Origin: a virus
Lineage: Duplodnaviria > Caudoviricetes
Length of the DNA stretch: 64,000 nucleotides
Reading direction: 5' to 3' (one strand)
IMG/VR virus record: IMGVR_UViG_3300047160_014545
Location: 1 to 64,000 of that record
Positions 1 to 8,609 of the stretch are shown piece by piece; position 1 is the stretch's first letter; every line of letters begins with the position of its first letter. The notes beneath the pieces are model-generated. The model did no database searches and was not told the origin of the DNA. It worked only from the letters and a program-made list of their open reading frames with translations. Position numbers and translations under genes: made by a program.

Positions 1-498
1 AGGTGGAGGTGGTGGCGGAGGTGGAGGTGGAGGTGGAGGTGGAGGCGGAGGTGGTGGCGGCGGTGGTGGCGGTGGTGGCGGAACCGGCTGATGAATGGGT
101 ATCCCGGAGCCCGTGCGCGTAATGTCCGGTGCTAGCGGCACCTTCCGTTGTGGCGGCGGGGGTGTGGTGCTCGGAACATAATAAAGATGTCCGGTAGAAC
201 CGAAATTTGAGAAGGTTGGCGGTGCCAGTGTATCCTGCTCGGTTTGAGCGATGAGTTTCCCTTGAAACCCCAGATATTGATATTGCTCGAGCACCGAATG
301 CCCAGTCACCAGCGGCAAGCCCGCCGCCAAGAGATTGCCGGTGGCGGTGTCGCTGATGTCGAGCACCCATGTTCCCAGCGGCTCGCACCATCGCATCAGC
401 AGCGAATATTGAATGCCGCCAAGCGAGATCGACTGCCGGAATGGGCCAAATGGACGGCTCGGAACCTCAAATGCCTGAACCTTTGTGCTCGATGCCAT
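1..498 (-). CDS. Baseplate plug-like protein with C-terminal polyproline extension (partial, runs off the left edge)
   Basis: Manual translation from the ATG at 498 (TGATG overlap with the upstream stop): MASSTKVQAFEVP...RWCEPLGTWVLDISD...GLPLVTG...LEQYQYLG...PTFSNFGSTGHLYY, a typical myovirus baseplate small-protein pattern. At least 27 consecutive Pro codons follow, up to base 1. Absent from the ORF track because it is truncated. Confidence 0.7.
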   Translation of the reverse strand, partial: MASSTKVQAFEVPSRPFGPFRQSISLGGIQYSLLMRWCEPLGTWVLDISDTATGNLLAAGLPLVTGHSVLEQYQYLGFQGKLIAQTEQDTLAPPTFSNFGSTGHLYYVPSTTPPPPQRKVPLAPDITRTGSGIPIHQPVPPPPPPPPPPPPPPPPPPPPPPPPPPP

Positions 499-1073
499 CA
501 AGTCCCAGGGGTTAGTGCATCTGGCACAACAACAAAATTTTTCCCGTCCTGCAGATTATTGGTTCCCATATCGGTAGCACCCGCAGTCGCCTGCGGGTTG
601 CTCTGATTTTGCACCGGCACATTCACCGCTGTCGTGCTCACCAGAATTACCTGGCGGCAATGGATCGTGCCGTCGAGAATGTTTTCCGTGCGCTCATTGG
701 TCGCCACCGAAATATGGCTGACCAGCATGTTGAAATAGTGTCTTTTCCCTGTATAGAGATCAAACAGGATGCTTTCCGCCTGTAATTGAAGAAAGCCCTG
801 ATAGATCGATTGGAGTTCGGTCTGGCTCTCGCCGCGCCAGCCGAGCCGCAATGTTACCTCGGCCGGACGCTTATAGGCGTGATCCGAGATGGTGGCACCT
901 TGCTCGACCGGGTGATCGGTAATCACCAACGTGTCATCGAGTCGCTCTTCGACCCATACCGTCGGCTGAGTGACGAACGAGCCCTGCATCGGCTGAAACG
1001 AGCGCGATGTGATGATTGTCGCCGGTAGCAATGCCGGGCCAAGCGGAATGGCTCCCGGCGGGATAGCGCTCAC
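498..1073 (-). CDS. Dit-like phage baseplate/tail initiation protein
   Basis: Motif VEE..DDTLVITDHPVEQGATISDHAY..P.EVTL; lies in the baseplate module; GTG start overlapping the upstream stop preferred over the ORF-track start at 1124. Confidence 0.72.
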   Translation of the reverse strand: MSAIPPGAIPLGPALLPATIITSRSFQPMQGSFVTQPTVWVEERLDDTLVITDHPVEQGATISDHAYKRPAEVTLRLGWRGESQTELQSIYQGFLQLQAESILFDLYTGKRHYFNMLVSHISVATNERTENILDGTIHCRQVILVSTTAVNVPVQNQSNPQATAGATDMGTNNLQDGKNFVVVPDALTPGT

Positions 1074-1816
1074 GCCAGAACCTTTGCCGCACCGGTGGTG
1101 ATATGACCGGTACCCGCAGGGCACTCGACCGTGTCGCCGATGCGCGCCACACCCTTGCTGCCGCCGCCCAGCACGACATTGCCGCTGGCGGTAATCGCCA
1201 CGTCGCCCGAAGCGTTGATAGTGATCTTGCCCTTGGCGGTGATCGTGACGTCGGCCTCGGTAACCAAGTGAATGCTGCCACCCTTCGATCCTGTAGCCGC
1301 GAAGGTTCCGGTGGTACCTGCCGCTCCGGAGCCGCCAGCTATTTCGACATAAGTCTTGCCGTCATCGGTGCGCAACTGCACCGTATCGGTGCTGGCCCCC
1401 TTTAGCGCGCGCACCTTTGAGCGTGTGCCCAAAATGGCGAAGCCATCGCTCAGATCATGCTTACGGATCTCCGCTTGCGGCTGCACGCCACCCTTGTCCC
1501 ACCAGGTATCGATGCAACGGCTCGAAAACACCACTAAGCATTCATCACCCTTCTTGACCGGCATCGTCAGGGTGTAGCCGCCGCCCGAAGGGAAGTGCAC
1601 CGGCACATGGATCAATTTATCCATCGTGACATCAACGAGAGAGCCGTCCGGTGTTTGAATGGCTCCCTTGAGCGCCGGCTGTACCGAAACGGTACCTTCC
1701 GCAGCATCATAGGATAGGATGATGCCAGGTAACGCGGTCCAGATTTCCGACTGGCGGCCATCCATCGCCGCGCGCACCGCTTCCTGCAGGTCTTCGTAGC
1801 GCTCGCGTCGATCCAT
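1070..1816 (-). CDS. Baseplate spike/assembly protein (Gp138-like N-terminal OB domain)
   Basis: IWTALPGII.SYD...VSVQPA...VPV.FP.GGG..LT.PVKKGDECLVVFSSRCIDTWW...R.HDLSDGFAI; start MDRRERY at 1816 preferred. Confidence 0.85.
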   Translation of the reverse strand: MDRRERYEDLQEAVRAAMDGRQSEIWTALPGIILSYDAAEGTVSVQPALKGAIQTPDGSLVDVTMDKLIHVPVHFPSGGGYTLTMPVKKGDECLVVFSSRCIDTWWDKGGVQPQAEIRKHDLSDGFAILGTRSKVRALKGASTDTVQLRTDDGKTYVEIAGGSGAAGTTGTFAATGSKGGSIHLVTEADVTITAKGKITINASGDVAITASGNVVLGGGSKGVARIGDTVECPAGTGHITTGAAKVLA

Positions 1817-1918
1817 TTTAGAATGGCTCTCCGGGCGCGTAGGGAGGCCCAGGAGAGGCCGGAAGACATCGGCAGGTAGGGTAGCTAGGGCGAAGAGCCC
1901 CACGGCTCTCCAGAAGGC

Positions 1919-2665
1919 TCATTCGTACTCGCTGCCCTCTTTCCTCCGGCGAGCAACCGGAGGGCCAAAACATCTGCTTTCTCTTCCGCGCCAGTTCATG
2001 CCCATGGCTCCGCCAATCTCAGACGCCAGATGAATGCCAATGATCTCGGGGATCAGCCCCCGCTTGCCGCGTGGCCACTGGCGCGCAAAAGCAAGATCGC
2101 TTCGGTCGGCCATACCGTGATCGGGGTATTTCTTGATCCCCGTATGGCCAGCGTGCCAGATCTGGAAAAACCCGATAGGGGCCCAACCGTCCTCGCGCAT
2201 CTTGGCGACCCGAACGCCCATCGGAAACGCCTCAGCCTGGATAAAGGCGTCGCACGAATGCTGCACCTCGGGATACGCCAGATAGCACATCCACGCCTCG
2301 AACGATGGACACATCATCCGATCGATACCGTAGATAGTATCGGGCGAGAGCTCAGCTTTCTCGATCAGCGCTCGTGTTCGCGGCGGAAGGACGATATCGG
2401 CATCAAAATGGGCGATCCAATGTTCTCCGGACAGCCGCTGAAGTCCGGCATTGATGCCACCCGATTTGCAAAAGGCCCGCTCGTGCTCGTAGAACGCGTC
2501 AGTGGTAACGCATTCGACGTGATGATGCTCGCAGAGGTCTCGCGTTCGCCGGTCACGGCGGTCGGTGACAACCACATACCGGTTAAACAGGCTCTTGTTC
2601 CACAGGATTGTGTGAGAGAGGAAATCTGCGTAATTAACGCAGATCGTTACCGCTTCGATAAACAT
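1919..2665 (-). CDS. GT-A fold (GT2-like) glycosyltransferase
   Basis: N-terminal VTICVNYADFL, VVVTD, KSGGINAGL, DxD motif HFDADIVLP, C-terminal IGFFQIW and SDLAF. Confidence 0.75.
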   Translation of the reverse strand: MFIEAVTICVNYADFLSHTILWNKSLFNRYVVVTDRRDRRTRDLCEHHHVECVTTDAFYEHERAFCKSGGINAGLQRLSGEHWIAHFDADIVLPPRTRALIEKAELSPDTIYGIDRMMCPSFEAWMCYLAYPEVQHSCDAFIQAEAFPMGVRVAKMREDGWAPIGFFQIWHAGHTGIKKYPDHGMADRSDLAFARQWPRGKRGLIPEIIGIHLASEIGGAMGMNWRGRESRCFGPPVARRRKEGSEYE

Positions 2666-2678
2666 CCGACGTCACTCG

Positions 2679-2879
2679 CTAAGAAATAGCGAGCCATTTT
2701 TGCGATGTATGAGTTAGATTTTCGAGCACCCCAACCGGCCCGCCGCCGCCAGTAAAGAATATGATGTTCCCTTGCTGCCCTTCGGGAGCGGCCTCTATCC
2801 GGTAAGCATGAGCAAGATTGAGCAGCACGGCGCTTCCGTCGGTCTTTGTAAATCTAACCCAGTGTGCGTGTGGTGGCAT
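2679..2879 (-). CDS. Hypothetical protein
   Basis: 66-aa ORF tiling the gap, preceded by a GAGGAG RBS. Confidence 0.5.
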   Translation of the reverse strand: MPPHAHWVRFTKTDGSAVLLNLAHAYRIEAAPEGQQGNIIFFTGGGGPVGVLENLTHTSQKWLAIS

Positions 2880-2909
2880 ATCAAAGGTTCTCCTCTTACA
2901 GAAAAGCGA

Positions 2910-4052
2910 TTATTTGATGTCGATGTCTTCTACTGTCACGGTGCCCGGTGGATCCGGAACTTTCTCGCCTGGAGGGAGAGGCGTTTTGAGATCCGTCGGC
3001 GTAGGTCCGCCAGTCGTCGAAGGATCGAGCGCCAGGAGGACCATGTTGGTGTACCACGGATTGCCACGGCTATCACCTTCATGCTCAACCACAAGCACCC
3101 GATAGAAACCATCATTCGTGACGTCCGCGAAACGCGTCAAATTCGTATAACCCGGGAATGTCGTCGAATTCGGATTTGGCCCCGAGCTCTCCGCTCCCTG
3201 CTGGATGGTCTGGTTGATGTCTTTATTATTAATCTGAACCTGGTCATAAACTTTGACCACCGGATTGAGCAAAGAGCGTACCATGATGCCTTGATCGGTC
3301 GCCTCCGGCACTCCGATCATTCCGGTGCGAGAATTGAGTTGGATCGCAGTACCCTTGGCTACGCCGTTATTGGGTATGATTTTTAGCTTGCCGTCCTCGA
3401 TGAGCCAGCCAACGCTGTTATTGTTGGCAAAATCCCGCATCCGCCCGACAAACATGCCGTAGAGCACCTTGCCACGAGGCAGAATACCACCCGTGCCGGA
3501 GGCCTCACCTGGCGAAGCTTTGAGCGTCTGCTCGCCCTTCTCGATGCCATAGGCGGCGATCGCACCATTGACGACATCGACTTGCTGCTGCGTTGTTGCC
3601 GGCCCTTCTATGGTTTTGTTCACGATCGCGTAAAGGTGCGCGAGGTCGCCATCTGCGGCAAATATGTCAAGATAGCTATCAATGTTGTTCTCTCGCCCGC
3701 GGCGGAACTGCTTGATTGTACCATCGAAAATTATGGCAAATCTTCCCGTTTTATAGCCGGCCGAAAGAGTGACCCGAGAATATTCCTGAATGACTCGCTT
3801 TCGGGTTTGTTCTGAGAGATTGTAAACCCGAATGGTGGCAGTCTTGGGTGTCGAGGCGCCATCAGCCGCGCGGATGTAGAATGTGAACCGGAGTCGCGAA
3901 AGGTCTTCGCCTTGCGAACTAGCGCCTATATCCGACGAAAAATCAGTAGCACTACCAGCTGACACTACCAGCGAAGCCCGGCGCAGCCATAGATCGGTCG
4001 TGTAGGAAGTCTGATAGGAAGCCGCCCCAACCCCAAGCCGGGAGTCGCTCAT
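2910..4052 (-). CDS. Baseplate hub protein
   Basis: LRFTF.I...TPKTATIRVYNLS...V.L.AGY....IIF.G.I.Q..RGRE...YLDI.AADGD...GMIG.PE.T..GI.V.SLLNP...G.YRVL...H.GDSRG..WY; directly after the tape measure gene. Confidence 0.8.
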   Translation of the reverse strand: MSDSRLGVGAASYQTSYTTDLWLRRASLVVSAGSATDFSSDIGASSQGEDLSRLRFTFYIRAADGASTPKTATIRVYNLSEQTRKRVIQEYSRVTLSAGYKTGRFAIIFDGTIKQFRRGRENNIDSYLDIFAADGDLAHLYAIVNKTIEGPATTQQQVDVVNGAIAAYGIEKGEQTLKASPGEASGTGGILPRGKVLYGMFVGRMRDFANNNSVGWLIEDGKLKIIPNNGVAKGTAIQLNSRTGMIGVPEATDQGIMVRSLLNPVVKVYDQVQINNKDINQTIQQGAESSGPNPNSTTFPGYTNLTRFADVTNDGFYRVLVVEHEGDSRGNPWYTNMVLLALDPSTTGGPTPTDLKTPLPPGEKVPDPPGTVTVEDIDIK

Positions 4053-5851
4053 TGCGCTGCCGCCGCTTCGGGCTGCCGCGGGCCCACCGGGTCGACAGCG
4101 CCGCGCAGATTGCGCACCATGTCGCCATTAACCCGATCCATCGTATTTTGAATTGCCCGCGCAGCTTCAGGCGCATCATGACCAGTGACATTGATGTTGT
4201 TGGTTTGAGTGATGCCGACGCCGCTAGAGCCACCGCCGCCAGTGGATGCCAGAGCCGGAGCTCCAAACATCGCTTCTCGCCATCTCCGTGCAAAAGCTAC
4301 GCCGCCAAATCCGCCGTAATCGTTAAACCGCTCACCTGCGATGTTCACTCCTACACCGCCAGCCACATAGTTTGGATCGCCAGGACTGCCCTGATCGGTG
4401 TAGCCGCGGATGATGTTGCTGCCGGCGAGGGCTTCATCGATATTCCGCATTCGGGCGGCAAGACGTTCTGGATTGCGTTCTAATTCCGCTAGTCGACCCT
4501 CCACCTGGCCGCGCCTCACGGGACCATAAAAGCTTCCGGCACCCCCTCCGATGCCTTCGGCGATCGTACCGGCTCTCCCAGCCTCCCGAGCCAAAAGCAT
4601 TCGATTCATTAAACTTTCAACTACCCCTGTCCCTGCTTGTGGATTTTCGAGGTCGACGAGCGCCGCCAAGCGTCGTTTGAGTGCTGGGTTTTGTTCCAAT
4701 TCTTCCCGGAACGGCGCCCGCATCCGAGCAATATCGGCATTGCCTCCGCCGGTCCACCAATCGCGCAAGCGGTTCAACAATTGCCGCGGAGCCGATGGGC
4801 CATTTGGATCGATAAAGGGACGTCCTTCTTGTGGCGTTTGTGGCCCACCCATAAATCCGGGTATCGGTATCTGATGCTCGCTGAGCCACTTGATCCCATC
4901 AACGATTTGGGAAATTACAGTCGAAACCGCGACAAACGCATCCTTGACCTCGGTCAATGTACTCTTGATGTTATCCCAAGTTTGTTTGTTTTCCAGTAAT
5001 GCCACAAATTCTCTGACGCCAGCCACAATATAATCGGTAAATTCTTTTTGATGATCGGTTAGCCATGTATTCAGCTCTTTTAATTTTGATAGAACGAGGG
5101 GCAACAACTCTTGGGCAATCCTGTCCCAGCCAACACCGAGTGTCGCAAAAATGCTGCGCATAGTGCGCTCAAAATCGACCCACAACTGCGTCAGTCGTGT
5201 GGGATCGATACCCGCAGCCCGCTGCTTTTCCCGGTATTCCTCTAGCGCCCGATTTATTTCCTCAAGATTTTTGGCAGATTGCCGCAATGTTACCGGGTCA
5301 ATCCCCAATTGCTCCACAATCGAGATCGCCAGCGCTTCGCCCGCGGGACCTTGGCGCGCCATGCGGTCGTACCATTTGGCGATGTCGATAAAAATCCGCG
5401 AGGTATCTCGTAATTGGCCATTGGTGCGCCGGGTCGCGATGCCGAGCGAATTCACCCATTGCTCGGTGCCTAGCACGGTCCGCATCCGCTGGGCAAAGCT
5501 CTCGACCTGCGCCTCCATGCCCTTGAATCCGAGCCCTACCTGGGCCGAGGCGTAGCGCAAAGCCATCAAATTTTCGGCGCTGGAGCCGGTTCGCTGTACT
5601 GCATAATATAATTCGCTGAAATCATCCGCCATCCGCTTGATGGCGAGCGTAATCCCGGCGGTCGAGAGGCCAAAGGTCAAGGCCAGCTTCTTCATGCTGT
5701 CGGCCGCACCCTCAGCGACACCCTTGATCGTCGAGCCCAGGCCTTGCACAACCTTGGTGGCACCGCTGATGGCGCCCTGAAAGGCGCGCATACCAGCGTT
5801 GTCCACTTTAAAGCCCAATGAAACCAAAAATTCGCGAATAGGATCAGCCAC
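4049..5851 (-). CDS. Tape measure-like protein with a C-terminal globular (possibly muralytic) domain
   Basis: Starts MADPIREFLVSLGFKVD; long Ala/Gly helical region; follows the tail chaperones. Confidence 0.8.
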   Translation of the reverse strand: MADPIREFLVSLGFKVDNAGMRAFQGAISGATKVVQGLGSTIKGVAEGAADSMKKLALTFGLSTAGITLAIKRMADDFSELYYAVQRTGSSAENLMALRYASAQVGLGFKGMEAQVESFAQRMRTVLGTEQWVNSLGIATRRTNGQLRDTSRIFIDIAKWYDRMARQGPAGEALAISIVEQLGIDPVTLRQSAKNLEEINRALEEYREKQRAAGIDPTRLTQLWVDFERTMRSIFATLGVGWDRIAQELLPLVLSKLKELNTWLTDHQKEFTDYIVAGVREFVALLENKQTWDNIKSTLTEVKDAFVAVSTVISQIVDGIKWLSEHQIPIPGFMGGPQTPQEGRPFIDPNGPSAPRQLLNRLRDWWTGGGNADIARMRAPFREELEQNPALKRRLAALVDLENPQAGTGVVESLMNRMLLAREAGRAGTIAEGIGGGAGSFYGPVRRGQVEGRLAELERNPERLAARMRNIDEALAGSNIIRGYTDQGSPGDPNYVAGGVGVNIAGERFNDYGGFGGVAFARRWREAMFGAPALASTGGGGSSGVGITQTNNINVTGHDAPEAARAIQNTMDRVNGDMVRNLRGAVDPVGPRQPEAAAAQ

Positions 5852-6024
5852 TATCTCGGATTCCTATAGAATTCATCGAGGCGCCGCCGGTTTTCATCGC
5901 GCACGTCGAGCGCGTCGTTCATGTTGGCCCAGTCATTGAGATCGAGCTCAGTGCTAATCATGCTCTCGTAGCGAACAATCCCCTCGAGCACCGGTCGCCA
6001 CAGCCAGTTCTCGTCGTCCGGCAT
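5851..6024 (-). CDS. Tail chaperone second segment (DUF6889-like, T-equivalent)
   Basis: MPD.E.WL.RPVLEG..RYESM....LDL.D.A.MNDALDV..EN pattern between chaperone and tape measure. Confidence 0.7.
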   Translation of the reverse strand: MPDDENWLWRPVLEGIVRYESMISTELDLNDWANMNDALDVRDENRRRLDEFYRNPR

Positions 6025-6035
6025 ATTGACAAAGT

Positions 6036-6500
6036 CTATGCCCTCAGCTGGCGCACGACCCCAGACATCCCCGAGGTCGAGGGGCTTACGTTGAAAAAAC
6101 TTTGCAGATTCTCCGAGATGACGTGCCAGCACAGCTGAAGCATGGTTGGAAGATCCATGTCGTCGAACATGATCCCGGTATTGGCGTTGTAGACGTTCGC
6201 CCAAGCACCATTATCTTGACGCCGCTGACACACCGAAAGACAGGTGTTCACGACGTAATCAGCTTGTTCGTCACTCAAAGCACCGATCGCCTCGATGATT
6301 GGCCCAGCCGTGCGCAAAATGGACGTCAGATTTAGTTCAGCATTTTCTACGGGCTCGTCGCCTGCGGTTGCGCCCATTGCCTCAAATAAATTGCTGGCGG
6401 CACTCAATACCGGTGCCAGCCGGCGCATTACATGAAATTGTTGCTTGGGATGAAGCCGGCCAGTGCGATAGGTCTGATCGCCAAATTCGATTTCGCTCAT
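6036..6500 (-). CDS. Tail assembly chaperone
   Basis: YR.G.L....QFHV.RRLAP...A...LSDE.A.YV...CLSV..R...MFDD.DL..ML.L...VI.ENL..FF; follows the tube gene. Confidence 0.8.
   Translation of the reverse strand: MSEIEFGDQTYRTGRLHPKQQFHVMRRLAPVLSAASNLFEAMGATAGDEPVENAELNLTSILRTAGPIIEAIGALSDEQADYVVNTCLSVCQRRQDNGAWANVYNANTGIMFDDMDLPTMLQLCWHVISENLQSFFNVSPSTSGMSGVVRQLRA
6093..6099 (-). other. Putative programmed -1 frameshift slippery site T TTT TTC
   Basis: X XXY YYZ heptamer in the chaperone reading frame (AGT TTT TTC); the -1 frame is the open 5851..6204 frame. Confidence 0.6.
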
Positions 6501-6955
6501 GCGCTCACCGGTGCACCATCACCCAGCACTTGGTCGACAATACCACCCCAGGACCATTCTTGCATCGCTCCTTCCTTGCTGTAGACGATCGTCGGAAACC
6601 GCATGAAGGCCATGCTGGTGCCGGTAATCGTATCGCCGCGCACGTTATCGCTGACGGTGATCGTGTTGCCGCCCCAATTCGCCGAGCTCGCCGATTGACT
6701 GTTGTACATTGACGATAGCTTGGCATTGGTCGGACTGGTCTTGAGCAAGCGCACGGTAATGCGCCCCGGTTTGGCGGCATGCAATGCATGCATCAAGACG
6801 CCATCGGCACCCCAGATCATCGTGTCTTTGTCTTCCATCATCTCGATGGAGATGCCTTCTTCGGCCACGGCGGCGCCAGCGCCAAAATTCACGACACCGC
6901 CGACGCCGCTGATAGACGCGACACAGTTCAGAAACGAGTAGGTTGTTGCTGCCAT
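6497..6955 (-). CDS. Tail tube protein (DUF3277-like)
   Basis: TYSF....A.I.G.GG....G.GA..AEEGI.I.M.EDKDTM..GADG..MH.LHA.K.G.ITV.LLKTSP.N..LS. Confidence 0.85.
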   Translation of the reverse strand: MAATTYSFLNCVASISGVGGVVNFGAGAAVAEEGISIEMMEDKDTMIWGADGVLMHALHAAKPGRITVRLLKTSPTNAKLSSMYNSQSASSANWGGNTITVSDNVRGDTITGTSMAFMRFPTIVYSKEGAMQEWSWGGIVDQVLGDGAPVSA

Positions 6956-6970
6956 TTGTTGCTCCCAAAA

Positions 6971-7048
6971 TTACGGGATATCCGAAACCTTCGGGACTTC
7001 CTGATAGAGCCCGCGGGCGAGTTCCGATATAAAGTCGTCCGTCTTCAT
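6971..7048 (-). CDS. 25-aa micro-ORF MKTDDFISELARGLYQEVPKVSDIP
   Basis: ATGA-coupled to the sheath stop; fills the sheath-tube gap. Confidence 0.35.
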   Translation of the reverse strand: MKTDDFISELARGLYQEVPKVSDIP

Positions 7049-8586
7049 GCCATCATACCTGCAAAAAGCGCTGCCAGACCGGAAGTAATAAATCCGATCA
7101 AGGCCCGGTTGACAGTGATCGCGACATCCACAGTATGGACTGCGCCCGCTAGTTTTGCTGCGACCTGGATCAGCGGCGAGCGCCGTGCCGCGCGGTCGGC
7201 AAGCGCTTGGTCGGCCACTGTCGGGGCCCAGACGTAATAGCCTTTGGTGAGATTGTCGCCTTGCTTGATGCTACCAAAGCCGGCCGAATTCCACACACCT
7301 GGCGCCAACAGTCCATTGGTGACGGCTTGCGTCAATGACGTTTCGACATTGTTGGTGAGGATTATGACACCCGCATCGGTCTGCGGTATTTTTGGCGCAT
7401 CATAAAGCAGATTGAAGAGACCCGTTTGGATGTAGTTGGCCATCCAATCGGTACCCCATACTTCATCGATGTAGAACCCGCCTGCGGTCTTGCCATTGAC
7501 GATGATCGATTTGCCAACCGAAATCTCAGCCAGATAATTATAATTGTTGAGATCGAGATTGTCCGCGGCGGTCGACCCGAGAAATTCCGGATCCACACCC
7601 GGCTCGATCTGCCACATAAAGGTGATGGCGGTATTGCTGCCGGTAAAATCGACCGTACAACCGCGGGCGAAGAGTGAGGTTACCGCATAAGGCGTGGTGG
7701 TAGAATATTGCACTGCCGAACGCTTGTACCCAGCAGCTCGCAACAAAGCACCGATCGAGGTCGTGTCCGGCGAGAAAATCGCCGCCGCATCATTTGTCGT
7801 GACGCCCTGCATGTGTTTGTTGTCGGAACCTTCGACAAACCCAGCCACCGCGAGGTAATCATTGCTGGTCACCGTGACTGTCGTCGCCCATGTCATAAAA
7901 TACCAATAGGTGCGCGCCCCATCGAGAATGATGACCGCCTCTAGCGGCGTTTCGGCAGCAATCCCGGCAATCAGCGATTCCGCCGTCGTCGAACTCATTT
8001 GCAGCATGTTGGAAAGATCGGTGCCGGTACCGGCCGATGTCAAATAAGTGACCGCCGAGGAGGGTCCAGTGCTCGTAGTGCTTATGATGAATTGAACACC
8101 ATTCCATAGACAGGTCGCGCTGCCGGTCAAAGCTGAGGTAATTATCGAGGCCACACCATTTAGATTGGTGATACCGGATAGATCCAGACCCGTGACATTG
8201 TGCGCGACACCGTCGATAACAACGTGAAAGCTGCCGTCGGTGATCGACGTCCAATTGCTCAGCACTTGTTGCGCGGCGCTCAACGGGCCGCCGACATTGA
8301 TGCCCGCCGTCGCTGACGACGCCCATCTGCCAATATAGAGGGTATGCGGTTGTGGCGATTGGTCAAAGAACAGCACCGCCGCCTTATATTCAGGATCATC
8401 AATAGTGAAGTCGCCGGCGACTGCTGAGAGGCTGTTGTAAGTTCGAATGCGCTCGAGCACATCGATCACATTGCTGTCACCAACAATCAGCAGGGTGTCA
8501 AAATTAGCGGCTGGCGTTGCTGTCGGCGCCAGTGTCACCGTAACATTGATAAACCGGTTTACCGGCAAGCCGATCGATTGTGCCAT
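7045..8586 (-). CDS. Contractile tail sheath protein (DUF3383-like)
   Basis: LPVNRFINVTV.L.P.A....NF..LLI.G.S.VID..ERIR.Y......DF....PEY.AA..FF.QSPQP..LYIGRW; C-terminal KIPQTD.G and R.AR.SP.IQVA.KLAGAVH. Confidence 0.9.
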   Translation of the reverse strand: MAQSIGLPVNRFINVTVTLAPTATPAANFDTLLIVGDSNVIDVLERIRTYNSLSAVAGDFTIDDPEYKAAVLFFDQSPQPHTLYIGRWASSATAGINVGGPLSAAQQVLSNWTSITDGSFHVVIDGVAHNVTGLDLSGITNLNGVASIITSALTGSATCLWNGVQFIISTTSTGPSSAVTYLTSAGTGTDLSNMLQMSSTTAESLIAGIAAETPLEAVIILDGARTYWYFMTWATTVTVTSNDYLAVAGFVEGSDNKHMQGVTTNDAAAIFSPDTTSIGALLRAAGYKRSAVQYSTTTPYAVTSLFARGCTVDFTGSNTAITFMWQIEPGVDPEFLGSTAADNLDLNNYNYLAEISVGKSIIVNGKTAGGFYIDEVWGTDWMANYIQTGLFNLLYDAPKIPQTDAGVIILTNNVETSLTQAVTNGLLAPGVWNSAGFGSIKQGDNLTKGYYVWAPTVADQALADRAARRSPLIQVAAKLAGAVHTVDVAITVNRALIGFITSGLAALFAGMMA

Positions 8587-8609
8587 GACTTAGTAAATCC
8601 CTTTATGGA

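Noticed and set aside
498-8586. Interpretation as an extracellular contractile injection system, tailocin or T6SS
   Set aside because: Terminase, portal, protease, scaffold and capsid genes are present in the same operon, so this is a complete myovirus module.
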